Source of the DNA: Octopus vulgaris
Lineage: Eukaryota
Direction: 5' to 3'
DNA length: 64,000 bases
Assembly: GCA_951406725.2 (NCBI GenBank)
Contig: OX597820.1
Coordinates: 89,528,001-89,592,000 of the forward strand
Shown: one piece after another, positions 53,041 to 64,000 of the stretch
How the letters are laid out: every line of letters begins with the position of its first letter
How positions within the stretch are numbered: the stretch's first letter is position 1
Position numbers and translations under genes: made by a program
The notes under the pieces: generated by a model
Told to the model about the DNA's origin: nothing
Database searches by the model: none
Seen by the model: only the letters and a program-made list of their open reading frames with translations

Positions 53041-54789
53041 TGTTATACACAAACCTTCACCTGGTTTATGTATAACAAACACCTAGGAGTTTTGCAAGCG
53101 TTTGGACCGGATCCGGACTCGATATCAATATGATCCTTTTTGTCGATTTCGAATGCAGAAGACCCTGAATGATTGCTTTTTCCTTATATCCCAACAGTCT
53201 CAGAGGCTTTATAAATGACATGGTCACAATCCATCACTCCCTGACTAACCCTTACAAACATTTTTATTTGATTTTGAATTCGTAAAAAAGATGAAGAAAA
53301 TCTTGTTTAAAGTAATTTTATTTTATTTAGAAATCACATAGTTACAATCTATTTTCAAAAACCTATCAATTAAAAGTAATTCATACTATAAGCAGGCTAT
53401 AAAAGTTTATGGCTTTCTCCACTGCTGTGTAACTAAATACCATGATTTTTTTTCTGTTTCAAACCAACACCACAATTATTTCTCATAAATCTTTTGAAGC
53501 AAACTTTGTGACAATTACTGCTAATTTGCAGCTATCAGATGGCTTCTTTAAGTATTTTATCATATCAATTTACCAGGATTTTTCCGAGGTCGGCAAACTT
53601 AAATATGGGATGATTTTTTTCGGATATTTCATTATATCACATATTGAATCGAGTTAGTTTTAAAGACTTGGCATCTTAATGAAAATAATTTCATTTCCTT
53701 TTCAATAGAACAGCCGGCACGTGCAGTTAATCATTACAAATAATTTCATTTTAGTTATAGAATCACAGCTTTAATATGCATACTGAAGAGGATGGTCGTT
53801 TTGGCAACATTTTGCTTCATACACAGATGGTATACAGGAAAATAACAGGGTCTTTGCTTGCTTCACAAGTTCGAACAATCTTTCTGCCTATGTTTATTAT
53901 CATAAGCCTGTTATTACCAAAGCAAAATTGTAATATTATTATCACTATGGTCTTCATCATTACACTGATGATGGTGATGATCACTATGATGATCCTCCCC
54001 AACCTCCTTCTCCTCATCCATTTTATAACTCTCACCATCATCTTTAACCACCACCACTACCGTCCATCTCCGCCGCCGCCTCTGCCGGTAATATTACCTA
54101 CACCGTCACCACTATCACTATCGCCATCGCCATCTCCGCCATCATCGTCATAATTGTTCACCGCGTCGTTAACGATGATGGATTCGGTGTTTCATAATGT
54201 CTCGCGTAATTGCATTTTTATACATCGATACAACTTCACTGTCAATGTTATTCCACCACTCCTGCATGCATATGTGTGTGTGTGTGTATGTGTCCTCTTT
54301 AGATTTTCTGTCCAGAGACCAGCTCAATTCAGATAAAGAATGAATGTCACGCTTCAGAAGATTCCAGAAACGGAAACTTTGGACATACTTTGCGGATGTC
54401 TGTTTACTGAATAAAATATCTTATGGCAATTGGTTGTTTTATATATAAGTTATACTTCTCCCTAACTTTAGTATCGAGTGCGGAAAATTATATTCATTTC
54501 CATCATTCTTAAAAATATAGGCAAGATGAGATTCCCTTGTATATTCCCAGAATGAATTACACAAAGTAATAGGGCTAAAAGTTTACCCCAGATTCATTGC
54601 CTCTCATCAGCTGCAAGTGAGTCTCATTAGATTTTGCTTTAAATATCCTTTTCACTTGCTGAGTTTGGAGAAAGAGGCAATTACATTTGCTGGTGTTGGG
54701 CATTGCTCTTCGCATTGCTCCTTCCGTGATAGGGGAAACTGATGCTTATAATGGTTCATTTAAAATTTTGTAGTTGTATGCTTGTATGA

Positions 54790-55140
54790 AAGATATGGAC
54801 AGGGAGAAAACTCCAGAAAGCAATTCTCTGGGAAGACAGGACGAGGCATAGGGGTTAAGTGCGAGGCCGGATGTATGAACGCATGAAAGGTAAGGATTGA
54901 CGGACAGTTAAGTGGGTTGGAAATGCTTGACTGGCGAATGTACGCGATGAACCAACCAGCAGAAACAAAGACTATAACAGTAACAATAGAAGAAAACCAG
55001 AAATAGGAGACAGCATGCCTGTGGGAAGAGGCTAGAATGTGCCAGCGATTTAATGCCAACCAGCCGAGGGGTTCTGCTCTGGATGCTGATGCGTATCGGC
55101 ACTGTCCTTGATATGGGAATAGTACTCTGTTGCACATCTC
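54790..55140 (-). mobile_element. CR1/Jockey-like LINE 3' remnant
   Basis: IQSRTPRLVGIKSLAHS…FYCYCYSLC resembles the copies at 19255 and 25495. Confidence 0.55.
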
Positions 55141-55264
55141 ACTTGCGTTTTGAAAATATCAGTAGCTGTTGGCAACTGAAATATTGTCTGTCTTGAAGAT
55201 TAAGTTCATATGGTCGATGCTATGTGTTTGGTGTTTTTTAGTCCCATCTTAGTCCTCATACTTA

Positions 55265-55558
55265 ATGGCACTCCGTCGATTACGACAACGAGTGTTCGTG
55301 AAGTTAACGTGCATGGGGCTGAGCATTCCATAGTCACTCGTACCGTTAACGTAGTTCTCAGGGAGATTCAGCGTGACATAGAGTGGGACAAGGCTAGCCT
55401 TAAAAAAAACAGGTACTACTTATTTTTGTCAGCTCAGTGGACTGGAGCAACGTAAAATGAAGTGTCGCGCTCAAGGACATAACGCGTCACTGGGAATTGA
55501 ACACATGACCTTACCATCGTGAGCCGAATACCCTAACGGTTAAGCCACACATCTTCAT
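55265..55558 (-). mobile_element. tRNA-derived SINE family 3
   Basis: Minus-strand head gtggcttaaccgttagggtattcggctcacgat…gttcaattcccag, then gtccttgagc…gttgctccagtccactgagctg. Confidence 0.7.
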
Positions 55559-56069
55559 AGTCCTGATACTATAGGTCTTCGATCAAAGAATTTAAGTCAT
55601 GATTACTAATTCCTCAAGGTCATGTCGCTTGCTTTCAAGGTTTCCTTCTACATAATCTTTAGGCAGAATTTTTGGGACATATTTCTAACATTAATTTTTT
55701 CAGAGACTTGAATAACGTTTAATACCTCCTTCTAGCTACTATTACTAGCAATGCATTTTGTTGTAGTCAACAGTTAGAAAGATTTTCCCATGCTAACATC
55801 TGTTTGTGGCATAGCCGGATTTTTCTTTGTAATTTTTCACGTTGTCTGTTAGCTTGTTTCAATGCCTTCTGTTTGCCTTTCTATTTGATAGCTTTGAATC
55901 TTTTTGGGACTCTTCCTACTGCCAACATAGTGAATGCTACGTTTGCATTTAAAAACATCTTGACAATAAAAAATTCAAAAATTTATTATCTCACCAAAGA
56001 GAAGAAAAAAACCCTGAAATAATACTCCTACTTCTCTATGTAACCGAACCTCAAGGAACCAGACACACA

Positions 56070-56085
56070 AAACACACACACACAC

Positions 56086-56179
<94 letters not shown>

Positions 56180-56309
56180 ATGTATATGTATAAATATGTA
56201 TGTATATATCTATATATGTATATATATGTATATATATGTATGTATATATGTATATATATATATGTATGTATATATATGTATATATATATATATATGTATA
56301 TATATATAC

Positions 56310-56345
<36 letters not shown>

Positions 56346-56490
56346 TGTATATACACATGCATGCATATTTACGTGTATATACATACATATATATGTATAA
56401 TATGTATATATACATATATACATACACACACACACGCTCTCTCGCTCTCTCTCTCACACACCGCCACACACACACACACACACACACACG
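56070..56490. repeat. Compound (CA)n/(TA)n/(TATG)n tract
   Basis: Seen directly in the sequence. Confidence 0.95.
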
Positions 56491-57351
56491 TGCTAAATGT
56501 AGTCCACTGATTTTTAAAGCTCGTTGAAGACACGTTTATCGCAGGTAACTAAACGAAAATTTGATGGCAACGACGACGACGACAACTATGATCATGATGA
56601 CAACGACGAACATAATAATATACATGATGGTGATGATGGTGGCGATGATTTCATACAAATACATGCTGTAATATATTTTATTGGTAGCGTAGAGACGAAC
56701 GAACTAACGGCAAATTCAAGAGCGGAGTGATTTTTCCACTATGACCACACAGAAACAAAACCAAATAATTGAATGGAATTTAGTCAAGCTGTCTTCCGTT
56801 TCTACCATTGAATGGTTATGCAGACTTTGAAGAGTTTCAAAGAAAGGAAATGACAATAAGACCAAGTTAGGAAAACTTCGACATACATTTCTAACAGCAA
56901 TAAAATTTTAGAAGTCGAGTCGCTGACACAGAATACATTGCAATAAAGACATTGTCCGCTGGTTCATTAGAAATAGTCCGTATTTTTAAATCGAAAGACA
57001 GGATGTGTATATGTATAAATGCTATTAGCCGCCTACCATTGCATATAAGAGTAGGAAAATCTGTACGTCTGTTAACTGTGTATGTGTGTGTGTGTGTCTT
57101 TAGTGAATTTAGTCTATGCTTGTCAAGTTATTAGGTTTTAATTGAAAAAAGCTTTCAGTCTTAAATAAAAGAGAAGCCATTTGGATTTCATTAGAACTCA
57201 GTCCCACTGAATTTTTGTAGTTGAAAGTTTTTAGAGAGAGGCTGTAAATGGAATTTGAATTATCTTTATAGATCTATGATTCTGATTGGTTTAAGAATAA
57301 TTTACCAGGTGATGATTATTATAATCATTATTATCATCATCATCATCATCA

Positions 57352-57562
57352 TGAAGGTGGTGAGATGGCAGATTCGTTCGCACGCCAGACAAAATGCTTA
57401 GTTGCATTTCGTCTTTATTTCATGATTTCAAATTCCACAGAGATCGTCTTTGCTTCTCATCTTTTAGGTATCGATAAAATAGATAGCAGTTGAGTAATGG
57501 GGTCGAATTAATCGACTTTTCCCCTCCCCTGAAATTGGTGGCCTTGAGCTAAAATTTGAAAA
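57352..57562 (+). mobile_element. SINE family 1 variant
   Basis: Contains aaggtggtgagatggcagattcgtt…atttcaaattcc…ggccttgagctaaaatttgaa. Confidence 0.75.
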
Positions 57563-57573
57563 CATCATCATCA

Positions 57574-57652
<79 letters not shown>

Positions 57653-57656
<4 letters not shown>

Positions 57657-59220
57657 TAGTTTTATTTTTATAGTGTGCTTTCACTTCACTACCGAGCGCA
57701 GCTCTGTGTGCCTTGGGTATGTGCTGTGATTTGTTGTGATGCTCTCATGGTTATTGTATGGAGAGTGTTCTGCGTAGGATGTGTGCAGTGCCTAGTAGTG
57801 CAATTTTCTGTATGTTATATGTGTTTGTAAGTTCTGGTGTTTTTGTTATGTATTTGTCTGAATATTTTTTTATCATGCCTAATGCACCTACTATGATATG
57901 AATTGTTTCTGTTTTTAGATTCTACATTCTGGTTACCTCTATTTCCAGGTCTTTGTATTTTGAAAGTTTCTCCATTTCTTTTTGAGACGTTGTCATCTGC
58001 CGGTATTGATACATCAATTAGAAAGCATTTTTTTTCATGATCTCTGACAACTATATCTGGTCTGTTGGCCTTAATTTCTCTATCTGTGTGTATCGGCATA
58101 TCCCAGAGTATGGTTGCTTTCTCGTTTTCTGTGACCTTTTCTGGTGTGTGTCTATACCATCTTTTTTTCTGTTGTTATTCCATAGTGTTGGCATAGCTTC
58201 CAGTGTATGTAGGTTCCAACTCTGTCATGTCTGTGAATATATTCCTTCTTAACCAGGACTGGGCAGCCAGAGATAATATGATTTATTGTTTCTTGTCCAT
58301 CTCCACATATTCTGCAGTTACTTGTTATATTTCTTTTCATTACATGTTTTTGGTAATTTCTGGTGGGGAGGCTTTGGTCTTGTGCTGTAATTACAAATCC
58401 CTCTGTCTCTGCTTTGAGTCCTGAGCTTCTCAACCATTGCTGGGATTTTTCTTTGTCTATTTCTTTTGCATTTAGTTTAGTCCAGTATTTACCATGAAGG
58501 GGCTTTTCTTGCCATCGTTTATCATGGTTCTTTGCTGTTCTAGTTCTAGTTTTAGTTTGGATTTCATTTGTTTTATAGCTTTTGTTTCTTCTTCTTCTTC
58601 TTCTTCTTCTTCTTCTTCTTCTTCTTCTTCTTCTTCTTCTTCTTCTTCTTCTTCTTCTTCTTCTTCTTCTTCTTCTTCTTCATATTTGTTAGGTGGTATG
58701 ATTTCTTGTTTGTATTTGTCAGCTTCCTTAAATACTGAGAACAGTTTTTTGTTTTGCTCGTGTTTTGCCGCTATTTGTATCAGTTTTCCTTCCTTCTGAA
58801 GTAGATATTTTTGCAGTCCTATGGTGGTTATTTTATAGTAGTTTTCTAGCTGTATAAGGCCTCTACCACCTTCTATACGTTGTATATATAGTCTTTCTAT
58901 GTCAAATTTTGGGTGATGCATCCTAGATCCTGTCATTATTTTTCTTGTTTTCGTATCTATTTTGGTCAGTTCATTTAGTGTCCAGTTAAGGATATTGTAG
59001 CTGTAACTTATAACTGGGACAGCTAAAGTGTTAATACCTATTATCTTGTTTTTAGCATTGAGCTCTGTTTTTAGTATTGATCTAACTCGTCTATAATATT
59101 CTTTTTTAATTTTCTCTTTCATTTGTGTGTGTTGTGTCTTATCTAGTTCATGGATTCCTAAGTATTTGTAAGTTTGGCTTTGGTCTAATTCTTTTATTTT
59201 ATTGGTTTTATCTAGTGTGA
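57653..59220 (-). mobile_element. Young 5'-truncated R4/Dong-like retrotransposon in (TAA)n, with an in-frame (GAA)n expansion
   Basis: YKYLG, ELNAKNKIIGINT, HHPKFDIERLY, LKAETEGFVITAQDQSL, CRIC…HIISGC, RHD and RPDIV…IDVSIP motifs; (ATT)n on both flanks. Confidence 0.92.
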
Positions 59221-59225
59221 TTATT

Positions 59226-59261
<36 letters not shown>

Positions 59262-59639
59262 TACTTTTTAATCTGCATGTTTGTTATGGTCACTTGTTGA
59301 GACACACCCTGTGTCCTAAGGCGAGTGAAAACTTGGGGAGGGTAAGTAGCCAAATATCTTCATGTAATACAACATAAACGTTTAAACGGACAGGGTTTTT
59401 CTAAGGGCAGTACAATATTTTGGCATTGTCTGAGGCATGGTTCTCCTGAGATCTTATCTAGATGTTTCTGACGTCCCTATTTTTATCACACCTTGGGCAT
59501 CTAAAATAATAGGAATAGTTCTCGTTTCCACATATTTTGTATTTCAATTACTAGGTGCTTATATTTACTTAGTTTGTCAAATTCTTTGAAAGATATATTT
59601 TTATCAGTGGGAACACTTACATCTGTTAGTCTACAAGTA

Positions 59640-59733
<94 letters not shown>

Positions 59734-59734
59734 T

Positions 59735-61060
59735 TCCTTTTATCACAGGATTTGTTAGAGCTCCAGGTGTCTTGTATCCGTAGCGGGCTTACTACCTGCA
59801 TCCTACGGTACCATGCTATTCGTTCTTTTCAGCTACCTAATACTTTCTTGATTATTCTGACCGTGCCAAGGAGGCAAACCTTTTGTAACAGTTCTACTGG
59901 GCACTCTATTCCAATTTCCTTTATATTCCTCTTGATACCTTCTGATAACTGTTCCCAAAACCTCAACAATAATTGGCACTATCTTCACCTTATTCCTTTT
60001 TCTTAGCCAGGCTATTTCGTACTTAAGAGGGTTGTATCTGTCTATCTTTTCGTTTTCCCTCTTGACTATTCGTGGGTGAAAGGGGCATGCATCATCAACT
60101 ATTTAGCATATGTAATGCTCGTTTCCACCACCACTAGGTCCGGTTTGTTATGCTCTAGCACCTGATGAGTTTGGATTGGGAAATCTCAAAGGGTTTTGCT
60201 AGACTCCGATTCTACCACTCTTTCCGCTTTGTGCTCATACAACGTCATTCACATTTTCCAATGTAGCACGTTCGCTACCTGGTCGTGTCGTTATAACTTG
60301 TAGTGGTTTTGGGCAAGTCTAAGGCATTCGTTAGTGATATGGGCAATGGTTTCATCCACCCTTGCAGATTTGACACAACAGCGACACTTGCTCATTCCTA
60401 AGGTTGACTCTCCAGTTTGGTCTTACTCTGTTAGTATAGAGCTCTCGGCCTCTTTTTTTAGGGTTCCTTCCATCAGCCAATCCCACCTATTTTTTCCAGC
60501 AACTTCTGTTGTGGCTACATGGAATTGATTGTGTAATCTCTTTTTATATAATTCTTTTCGTGTACTTTTCGTACCTCTTTCTTTGTTTTCCCTTTTGCTT
60601 CTGTTCTCAATACTCCCTTGTTCCTAACTGTCACAAGCAAGGTTTCCTTACTTTGGGGCTAGGTATCTCATTAAGCTCTCGAGGTCGATACGCACACAGC
60701 CTTCCACACTTATCAGTCCCCTTCCTCCAATGCTCTCTTAATGTATAAGCAATCAGTGCCTGCACGTGAATGATGGGGCCCATGCATCGTTAGGAACTTT
60801 CTTGACTTCCTGTCCATCCTCTTTAACTCCTCCTCTCTCCATTTCAGGATTCTAGCGCCATACCGAACTACTGCAACTGCGCGCGAGTTTATTGCCGAAA
60901 TTACGTTTCTGGCATTCAGCTTTGAAGTCATTACTTTTCTCACTCGCCACAGGTATTCTCTTTCTGTCTTTTCTTTTATGTCGTGGTGTTTGATCTCATC
61001 TGCCACAAGTATTCCCAGATATTTATACCTGGATAGAGGTTGAATTGCCTTCATAATTTA
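59735..61060 (-). mobile_element. 5'-truncated degenerate R4/Dong-like retrotransposon
   Basis: YKYLGIL, KLNARNVISAINSRA, HHSRAGTDCLY, RHD and KPDLVV motifs; 3' end next to (TAA)n at 59643-59731. Confidence 0.85.
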
Positions 61061-61776
61061 CCACTAGACAGCCAGTTTCCCGTTCGTCTATCTTATGCAC
61101 TGACTCAATAAATCACAAGGGCATACATTTGATAAAGTGGGGCTGTTTTTGGTCTGAACCTGTATCCGGCTATGGTCAGCTATATGCTGCATTGTTAACA
61201 ACTCGTAAATTATCTGATGTGAGAGTTAAAGTTATCAACACTGACAAACAAAGGAAAAGTCTGCAAAGAAGTATTGGATTGAAAGATGTACGCAAACTGA
61301 ATTGTGTATTGGCTCTGAACCATCGTCTTGGCTTATATGTTATCAACATTGCATTAAATATTTACACCTGTGAAACTGAAACCCCTATACTTTACATATA
61401 AAATAATTTTCTCTAAGAAATTTTTGTTTTCTAGATATGAAATTGTAACCATGTATATTCTAAAATGTAATTTTTTTCTGTTTATGAAGAAAATAGAAAA
61501 CTAAGAGTGAATATTTATTTTATGAGTGCTGTGTATTAAGTCTATAAAATTGTACATAAAGTTTATAAAATATATATATAAAGTGCATTAAGTAATCATC
61601 GCATTCCAATTTCCTCCACTTTTCAATGAATAGCAGATGAGCGACTATCTTTTGATACAGACACAACACAAGCAACGCTTTCAGCTTTTTTGGATAAAGT
61701 TTTGAAGAATAACACAATAGGTTTACTATTAATTCTGTGAAATATCCCACTAGTCATTATTATTATTACTATTGCT

Positions 61777-62705
61777 AAGGCGGCGAGCTGGCAGAAACGT
61801 TAGCACGCCGGGCGAAATGCTTATTGGTATTTCGTCTGCCGTTACGTTCTGAGTTCAAATTGGAGGTCTACCGGACATTCTATTATTATTATTATTATCA
61901 TTATTAAGACGGCAAGCTGGCAGAATCGTTAGCACGCCGGGCGAAATGCTTAGCGGTATTTCGTCTGCCGTTACGTTCTGAGTTCAAATTCTGCCGAAGT
62001 CGACTTTGCCTTTCATCCTTTTGGGGTCGATAAATTAAGTACCAGTTACGCACAGAGGCCGATGAAATCGTCTTAATCTCTTTGTCTGTCCTTGTTTGTC
62101 CCCTCTATGTTTAGCCCCTTCTGAGCAATAAAGAAATAAGAAGCGTTAGTACGCCGGACTAGATGCTTCACAGCATTTTGTCCATTTTACGTTCTGAGTT
62201 CAAATTTCGCGAAGGTCAACTTTGCTTTTCATTCTTTCGGAGTTGATAAATTAAGTACCAGTAAAGTACTGTGGTCGATATGATTGACTTACCTCCTCCC
62301 CCAAATTTCTGGCCTTTTGCCCACATTAGAAATGATTATTATTATTATTTTGGTTTGCCTCATGTTCGGTATTATTCCTGGGAGGGTTTACATGGGTAGC
62401 AGATTACAACCTATAATTTTAGGTGTCAAGTTTTCAGCTACTTTTCAAGTGCTTAGAACCCTCCTGACAATCCTGGCTGTCCCTAAGAGACAAACGTTTT
62501 GTTGGAGCTCTACCGGACATTCTATTATTATTATTATCATTATTAAGACGGCAAGCTGGCAGAATCGATAGCACGCCGGGCGAAATGCTTAGCGGTATTT
62601 CGTCTGCCGTTACGCTCTGAGTTCAAATTCCGCCGAAGTCGACTTTGCCTTTCATCCTTTTGGGGTCGATAAATTAAGTACCCGTTACGCATCGGGGTCG
62701 ATATA
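61777..62705 (+). mobile_element. Cluster of four SINE family 1 copies (61777-61860, 61905-62138, 62140-62332, 62543-62703) plus a short minus-strand R4-like 3' fragment (~62350-62522)
   Basis: Repeated SINE heads and cores; the minus-strand R4 remnant reads ELQQNVCLLGTARIVRRVL, i.e. the LGTARIxRxVL C-terminal motif. Confidence 0.85.
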
Positions 62706-62879
62706 ACATATTGCAGCGATTCAACTTCTGAAGTCAGGCCAAAAACCATCAACTTTGAAGACAGTCACCAAGTATGAATGGTCTACCGTATCGAATGCTT
62801 TTGACTGATCTAAATTGACCTGGGCCCAACCCATACCAGGTTACTTAACAACACTCTCTATGTTGTCTCGAGTGAGTTA

Positions 62880-64000
62880 GAGGCTGTTGTAGACTAATAG
62901 GTTTTAGTTGGGCACATGTCTGTGTCTCACCTACCAGACTATCAACAGATGCCAACGTCATAGCTAACAGCTTGGTCAAAATCTTCAACACTGCATTTAG
63001 CAAAGTTACAGGTCTGAAGTTTTTAAAATCTTTCTAATTCTTCGGGTCTCTCCTCAGCAAATCTGTTTTCTCAAGACTGGAATTCTTCTGTTCTGCTTCG
63101 AGTTCCATTAGACATCTTCTAAAAGCATCGTGAACAAGTTTGGCATATGCAGATAAGAGTGTAGGACAGACCATCCAGCCCCAGTGACGTCTCCCTTGTG
63201 CAGCCAGCAATCAATTCCTGTACCTTTTAAACCGTTACCGGCCTTTTGTAGAACTCTACATCACTAGATAGGCAGTAATGTCCACACACATCTCGGGTTC
63301 ACTGTCCGCCTGAAACAGTTGAGCGAAGTGCCACTGGAAAACTGCACACATCTACTCGGAATCGAGTTACACGCTTCCTTCGCAGCTGAAACAGTGAATT
63401 CTTGGTTTGTTGCCACTTTGCGCCTCCGCCATTTGGGCCCATCGATTGTCTTTCGCTTCCTCATGCCTCAGATCGCATGCCCTAGCTGACAAAGGAATCT
63501 TCGCGCTTAGCCTTGAAGAATCTGTCAAGGACCAATCTCAGCGCTGGCAGGTCAGCATTTTATAAATGCTTCTTCTAGATTGCTAAGTATTTCCCCTCTA
63601 ATATAGAATACTATACCATTATTTCCCTACTGGACGTAATCGACTCTAATAGTCGATACCTGCAAGTTTGCTGGACTTTTCTACCCCACCTCCTATCAGC
63701 TCGATCCATACAATCCAGATGTGCATCCTAGATAATGTTACGACCTTTTATTATAACTAAAGATCAGGACATTTTCAGGAAAACTGATAAATGCCTTTAA
63801 AAATCCGACCACATGCCCCAACTGGGGCATAAATGGTGTCTAGTCTAAAGGTGCCATCTTCGCTACAGTTGATGCTCAGGATCACCACTTACCATCCAGT
63901 TTCAGGACGACAGAGAATATTTAGGGTCACAATCCTTTCAGAAACAAAACCAACATCCCGACACCCCATTACGGGCGAAGTAAGAGATGTGATGATCTCA
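62880..64000 (-). mobile_element. Degenerate Tx1/L1-clade ORF2 fragment (APE endonuclease to RT N-terminus)
   Basis: Minus-strand remnants YAP (APE), MCAVFQWHFAQLF, SLGLDGLSY (cf. KSPGxDG) and NFRPVTLLNAVLKILTKLLA…LVGETQTC. Confidence 0.75.

Noticed and set aside
53776-54153. 125-aa hydrophobic/Pro-rich ORF
   Set aside because: Made of degenerate (ATC)/(CCA)/(CCG) trinucleotide low-complexity sequence.

Overview
AT-rich, repeat-dominated eukaryotic (animal) genomic DNA. The tRNA-derived SINE families, the dense (TA)n/(TACA)n/(TAA)n/(GA)n microsatellites and the retroelement mix look like a coleoid cephalopod, probably Octopus; this is an inference from repeat content. I could not support any host protein-coding exon, so the window looks intronic or intergenic. 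Most ORFs in the track are microsatellite or transposon artefacts. Content: many degenerate R4/Dong-like (RLE-type) non-LTR retrotransposons sitting in (TAA)n or (TACA)n tracts; Tx1/L1-like ORF1-only and ORF2 fragments; CR1/Jockey-like 3' remnants; Tc1/mariner relics; non-autonomous Helitron-like elements; three SINE families; and a 100-N gap (52430-52529). Most notable: (1) a nested stack at 1.5-3.5 kb, where an ORF1-only 'half-LINE' with an 18-bp TSD carries a SINE with a 17-bp TSD and a young, CpG-rich, 389-bp fully palindromic element with a perfect 9-bp TSD; (2) a type I hammerhead ribozyme fold (minus strand, 51941-52026) inside a palindromic, Penelope-like terminal-repeat cluster; (3) a ~404-bp local inverted duplication that splits a SINE; (4) R4-like copies inserted strand-specifically in (TACA)n.
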